A DNA stretch of 64,000 nt from Candidatus Kapaibacterium sp. (GTDB lineage: Bacteria > Bacteroidota > Ignavibacteria > Kapaibacteriales > UBA2268), in assembly GCA_963665665.1 (NCBI GenBank), contig OY762428.1:3712001-3776000 (forward strand). The letters are read 5' to 3'. Numbering within the stretch: the first letter of the stretch is position 1; the number at the start of each line of letters is the position of its first letter. Shown one piece after another: positions 60,043 to 64,000 of this stretch. The notes under the pieces are model-generated. The model saw only the letters and a program-made list of their open reading frames with translations. It made no database searches and was not told where the DNA came from. Made by a program: the position numbers and the translations under genes.

Positions 60043-62172
60043 CTATTTTGCCAGTATTAATTCAATTTTTTTCCTGTCAATATCAGTATTTACGATCTGC
60101 ACGGTAATGCTGTCACCAAACCTGAATTTCCTTTTTTTCTTTTTACCTGTCAGGGTATATTTTTTCTCATCATAAATATAGTAATCATCCTTCAGGTCCT
60201 TGATATGCAGAAGGCCTTCCACCCAAAGGTCATCCATTAGAACAAAGATACCGAAATTTGTTACTCCTGATATCACACCAGTGAATATTTTGCCAATTTT
60301 TGAAGAAGCAAGCACAGTTCCGGCGAGCCTTTGCGAAAGCCTTTCTGCTTCTACAGCTTTCTTTTCAGTTTCGGTTGAATGTGTACAAGTATCTTTCAGA
60401 AGCATTTTAAGGAACCCGATCCTGTTTTTGTCTGGTTTGGCAACTGAATATTCTTTTATCAGGCGATGTACTATCAAATCCGGATATCTTCTGATAGGAG
60501 AAGTAAAATGAGTATAATCCTTGAATCCAAGCCCGAAATGCCCCGGATTTTTTGTTGAATAGATTGCCTTTGCCATAGACCGGATCAATACCTGGTTTAC
60601 AATACTTTTCCTGCTGCTGTTTTCCACTTCTTTAAGAAGTTTGTTCAAATCTTTTGCTTTGGGTTCTTTTACTTTTGTTCTGATACCGAGAGTTTTAATA
60701 AATGAAATAGCATCGGCTACCTGTCCGGGTTCAGGTTGGTCATGAATTCTGTAAATAAAAGGAACATCTTTAATTCTGAATTTTTTCGATAGTTTTCCGG
60801 CATGTTCGGCTACGGTTTTATTTGCAGCCAGCATACACTCTTCTACCAGCGAAGTAGCCGGGGTTTCTTCCCTTAGTTTGGCTTCAACGGGAATATTGTT
60901 TTCATTCAGAATATATTTTACTTCAGATGTATGAAAATTAACTCCGCCGTATAAGAAACGCTTTTTCTTCAAAGTTTTAGCAAGGTTGTTAAGTTTTTCC
61001 AGTAATTTAACTTTATCACCCTGGCCGCTTTCCAGAATTTCCTGTACTTCCTCGTAGGAATAACGCCGTTTGCTATTAATTACTGTTTCTTCAATTTTAT
61101 AATCTTTAAGGCCGCCCCTGGGGCCAAAGGTCATGAAAACAGAAAAAGCAAATCTGTCAACATTTGGTTTAAGTGAACATAATTCATTCGACAATTCCTC
61201 GGGCAGCATTGGAACAACCCTGTCAACAAGATATACACTATTGCCTCTGGTTCGGGCATCAATATCAAGATCGGAATTTTCTTGGACAAAATGGCTGACA
61301 TCAGCAATATGCACACCAAGATAATTATCTCCGTTCGGTAATATTTCAAGTGAAAGAGCATCATCAAAATCCCTGGCATCGGCAGGGTCTATGGTAATAA
61401 TTTCCATATCCCTTATATCGTGACGGCGCGACAATTCTTTTTCACTGATATCAATCTTCAGTTTCTTTGCTATAGTCTTAACTTCGGGAGGGAAGTCTTT
61501 TGGAAGTTTGAATTCCTCAATAATTGAATCGAATTCTGCTTCAGGTTCTCCTGCTTTGCCCAGAATCTCAACAACTTCGGCTCTGGGGCTTTTCAGAGGA
61601 TCAATCCACCTTAGGAATCTTGCAGAAACTTTATCGCCATCTTCAGCTCCATTCAGCTTATCTTTAGGGATAAGAAAATCAACATAATATTTTTCATCAT
61701 CAGGAATCAGGAAACAAAAATTATCATCAATTTCCAATTCACCTACAATTATATTATCAGCCCGATCCACAACACCGGTAATTTCGCCCTTTGGTTTTCT
61801 GCCGGGCTTAACAGCATGAAGCTGAACAACCACAATATCACCGTCCAGGGCGGTTCCGAAATATTTTCTGCGAATATTAATTTTTTGGTATTCAGGATTG
61901 TCGGTTATTACAATGGCCCTGTCTTTTCTAATTACAAAAACCCCCTGCAGAGCACTTTCGCTGGAATAATCAATCAGGGAGTAGCGGCGTCTGGAAGATT
62001 TTCTCAGCAAATTATCATCACAAAGCTGATTCAGTAATTCTTTCAGGACAAAATATTTTCCGGTATCGGACTTATATCCGAAATGTGCTGAAATATCTTT
62101 CAATTGCAGAGGCTGAAGTGAATCGCCCAGCAATTTCAATATTTCTTCGGTCATTTTTTCTGTGCTCATCAA
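60043..62172 (-). CDS. rnr: Ribonuclease R
   Basis: TIDPADARDFDDA, SVYLVDRVVPMLP, EECMLAAN, HFTSPIRRYPD, C-terminal S1 domain. Confidence 0.97.
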   Translation of the reverse strand: MMSTEKMTEEILKLLGDSLQPLQLKDISAHFGYKSDTGKYFVLKELLNQLCDDNLLRKSSRRRYSLIDYSSESALQGVFVIRKDRAIVITDNPEYQKINIRRKYFGTALDGDIVVVQLHAVKPGRKPKGEITGVVDRADNIIVGELEIDDNFCFLIPDDEKYYVDFLIPKDKLNGAEDGDKVSARFLRWIDPLKSPRAEVVEILGKAGEPEAEFDSIIEEFKLPKDFPPEVKTIAKKLKIDISEKELSRRHDIRDMEIITIDPADARDFDDALSLEILPNGDNYLGVHIADVSHFVQENSDLDIDARTRGNSVYLVDRVVPMLPEELSNELCSLKPNVDRFAFSVFMTFGPRGGLKDYKIEETVINSKRRYSYEEVQEILESGQGDKVKLLEKLNNLAKTLKKKRFLYGGVNFHTSEVKYILNENNIPVEAKLREETPATSLVEECMLAANKTVAEHAGKLSKKFRIKDVPFIYRIHDQPEPGQVADAISFIKTLGIRTKVKEPKAKDLNKLLKEVENSSRKSIVNQVLIRSMAKAIYSTKNPGHFGLGFKDYTHFTSPIRRYPDLIVHRLIKEYSVAKPDKNRIGFLKMLLKDTCTHSTETEKKAVEAERLSQRLAGTVLASSKIGKIFTGVISGVTNFGIFVLMDDLWVEGLLHIKDLKDDYYIYDEKKYTLTGKKKKRKFRFGDSITVQIVNTDIDRKKIELILAK

Positions 62173-62411
62173 CTACCTTATCAGTTTTTGTTACTATAAA
62201 TTTTTAGCAATATAGCACTTTTTTATACCAATTATACATTGAATAAGCAGAATGAAATCCAAAAAGAATTTTTTTAGAACATATTCCACTTCATAAAATA
62301 TGGTTTAATATTCTGCCGGATAAAGAATCACAAAAAAATAACAACAGCTAATTGTTAAATTAATATAAAACACGTATTTTAATTTTTTTGAAATTATACA
62401 GGAATTTAATT

Positions 62412-63224
62412 GTGTCCGTTTTTATAAATGCAATTTTTATTGGCGACGTGGTTGGCGAACCTGGTATGAAAGCTCTCAGGCAGTATCTTCCGAATGTAAA
62501 AGAAAAATACTCTCCTGATTTTGTTGTTATTAACGGTGAGAATGTAACTAACGGCAAAGGTATTACCGAGCCTGAAGCAGAAGAGATATTTTCTATGGGT
62601 GCTAATATTATAACTACCGGCAATCATATATGGGACAATTGGAAATCCAGGCCATTGCTGGCTAAAAATCCTAAGATCATCAGGCCGCTTAACTATCCGT
62701 CCGGAAATGCCGGGTTGGGGTATGCTTTTTATAATCTTGATGCAAAAACTAAAATTGCTGTTCTCCAGCTTCAGGGCAGAACTTATATGCAGCCTATTGA
62801 TTGTCCTTTCAGGGCTGCCGATTATGCCGTGAAGAAAATTCAGGAACAAACAAACAATATTATTGTGGACTTCCATGCTGATGCAACTGCCGAGAAAATT
62901 GCCCTGGGCTGGTATCTTGATGGCAAAGTCAGCGCTGTTTTCGGTACGCATACTCATATTCAGACAGCGGATGCTACCTTACTGCCGAACGGTACTGCAT
63001 ATATTACCGATGTTGGTATGACCGGCCCTTATGATTCAGTTGTCGGCTTGCGTAAGGATATAGCATTAAAAAGATTTATGCTGCAAACAGCTCATAAATA
63101 CGAGATGGCTGATGGGGATATACGGCTTTCGGGTGTATTCGTGAAAATTGATTCTACTACCGGACAGGCCATGAAAATCGAACCATTTGCACTGCCTGAA
63201 TTTGTCAGAGAGATTGAAATATGA
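62412..63224 (+). CDS. YmdB-like (TIGR00282) metallophosphoesterase
   Basis: FIGDVVG, NGEN, TTGNHIWD, DFHADATAEK, GTHTH, DVGMTG. GTG start inferred. Confidence 0.93.
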   Translation: MSVFINAIFIGDVVGEPGMKALRQYLPNVKEKYSPDFVVINGENVTNGKGITEPEAEEIFSMGANIITTGNHIWDNWKSRPLLAKNPKIIRPLNYPSGNAGLGYAFYNLDAKTKIAVLQLQGRTYMQPIDCPFRAADYAVKKIQEQTNNIIVDFHADATAEKIALGWYLDGKVSAVFGTHTHIQTADATLLPNGTAYITDVGMTGPYDSVVGLRKDIALKRFMLQTAHKYEMADGDIRLSGVFVKIDSTTGQAMKIEPFALPEFVREIEI

Positions 63225-64000
63225 GAAGCGATATCAACCTGGCGGTTGTTGGTGCAACAGGGCTTGTTGGCAGAAAAATACTGAAAGTTCTTGAGGAAAG
63301 GGATTTTAATTATAAATCCCTGACCCTGCTTGCATCAGAAAAAAGCGCCGGGCAGATAATAAATTTAAACAGAAAAGAACATATAGTTTCCGGAATTAAA
63401 GATAGTTCATTCGATAATATTGATATTGCTCTCTTTTCAGCCGGCGGGTCTGCAAGTAAAATATTTGCTCCTATAGCTGCACAATCCGGTTGTATCGTTG
63501 TTGATAACAGCAGTGCCTGGCGAATGGATGAAAATGTACCACTTATTGTTCCGGAAGTAAACCCTGACGATTTGAAAGGGCACAGGGGAATAATTGCCAA
63601 CCCCAACTGTTCTACAATACAAATGGTTCTTGCGCTGCAAACGGTACATGAATTATTCGGGCTGAAAAAAGTGGTTTGTTCTACTTATCAGTCAATCAGC
63701 GGAGCAGGGCAAAAAGGGATTTCACAGCTTAAGGATGAAATAGAAGGAAGAATTCCCGATACAAGGATTAGCCCTTACCAGCTTGCATATAATACGGTCT
63801 TCCATAGTTTCTCCGAAGGCAATAATTATACTGAAGAAGAATTGAAAATGGTAAATGAACCCAGGAAGATACTTCACCTTCCCCACCTGGAAATGGAAGT
63901 AACCTGCGTGCGCATACCTGTTCTTGGCGGCCACGGGGAATCGCTTTATATTGAAACTGAAAAAGAAGTTGATGTTAGCAAATTAAAATCAGCTTACGAG
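63221..64000 (+). CDS. asd: Aspartate-semialdehyde dehydrogenase (3' truncated by window)
   Basis: AVVGATGLVG, FSAGG, DNSSAWRM, PLIVPEVN, IANPNCSTIQ, TYQSISGAG, TCVRIPV.GH. Confidence 0.96.
   Translation, partial: MRSDINLAVVGATGLVGRKILKVLEERDFNYKSLTLLASEKSAGQIINLNRKEHIVSGIKDSSFDNIDIALFSAGGSASKIFAPIAAQSGCIVVDNSSAWRMDENVPLIVPEVNPDDLKGHRGIIANPNCSTIQMVLALQTVHELFGLKKVVCSTYQSISGAGQKGISQLKDEIEGRIPDTRISPYQLAYNTVFHSFSEGNNYTEEELKMVNEPRKILHLPHLEMEVTCVRIPVLGGHGESLYIETEKEVDVSKLKSAYE

Noticed and set aside
1-64000. CRISPR array or cas genes
   Set aside because: No regularly spaced direct repeats with unique spacers. The 69-bp periodicity at 16.4-17.6 kb is protein-coding.

Overview
A 64-kb stretch of AT-rich bacterial chromosome. 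It is most consistent with an anaerobic member of the FCB group (Bacteroidota/Ignavibacteria/Kapabacteria-like). This is an inference from TAnnTTTG-type promoter motifs and the BlaI-M56/TonB, VTC-DUF4956-DUF2490 and SPFH-Arc modules. Most of the content is housekeeping or metabolic: dnaJ (partial), fbaB, glmM, a SurA-like PPIase, an FMN riboswitch before ribB, dnaG, yitJ-like plus metH, ackA-pta, ptb-buk, tRNA-Met, rnr, ymdB-like and asd (partial). A small accessory patch at 4-10 kb holds a frameshifted ParE toxin-antitoxin pair. I saw no CRISPR array, transposase, integrase or rRNA. The strongest candidate for an undescribed system is an MIO-family ammonia-lyase/aminomutase with Ala-Cys-Gly instead of Ala-Ser-Gly and mixed HAL/PAL signatures, lying between ackA-pta and ptb-buk; it may define an amino-acid fermentation route. 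Other notable items: a ~480-bp tract of ~13% GC with repeated 13-mers, a secreted 23-aa repeat protein paired with an OmpA-domain protein, a TetR plus uncharacterised radical SAM pair, several dispersed palindromic repeat families, and 11-bp-periodic operator arrays.
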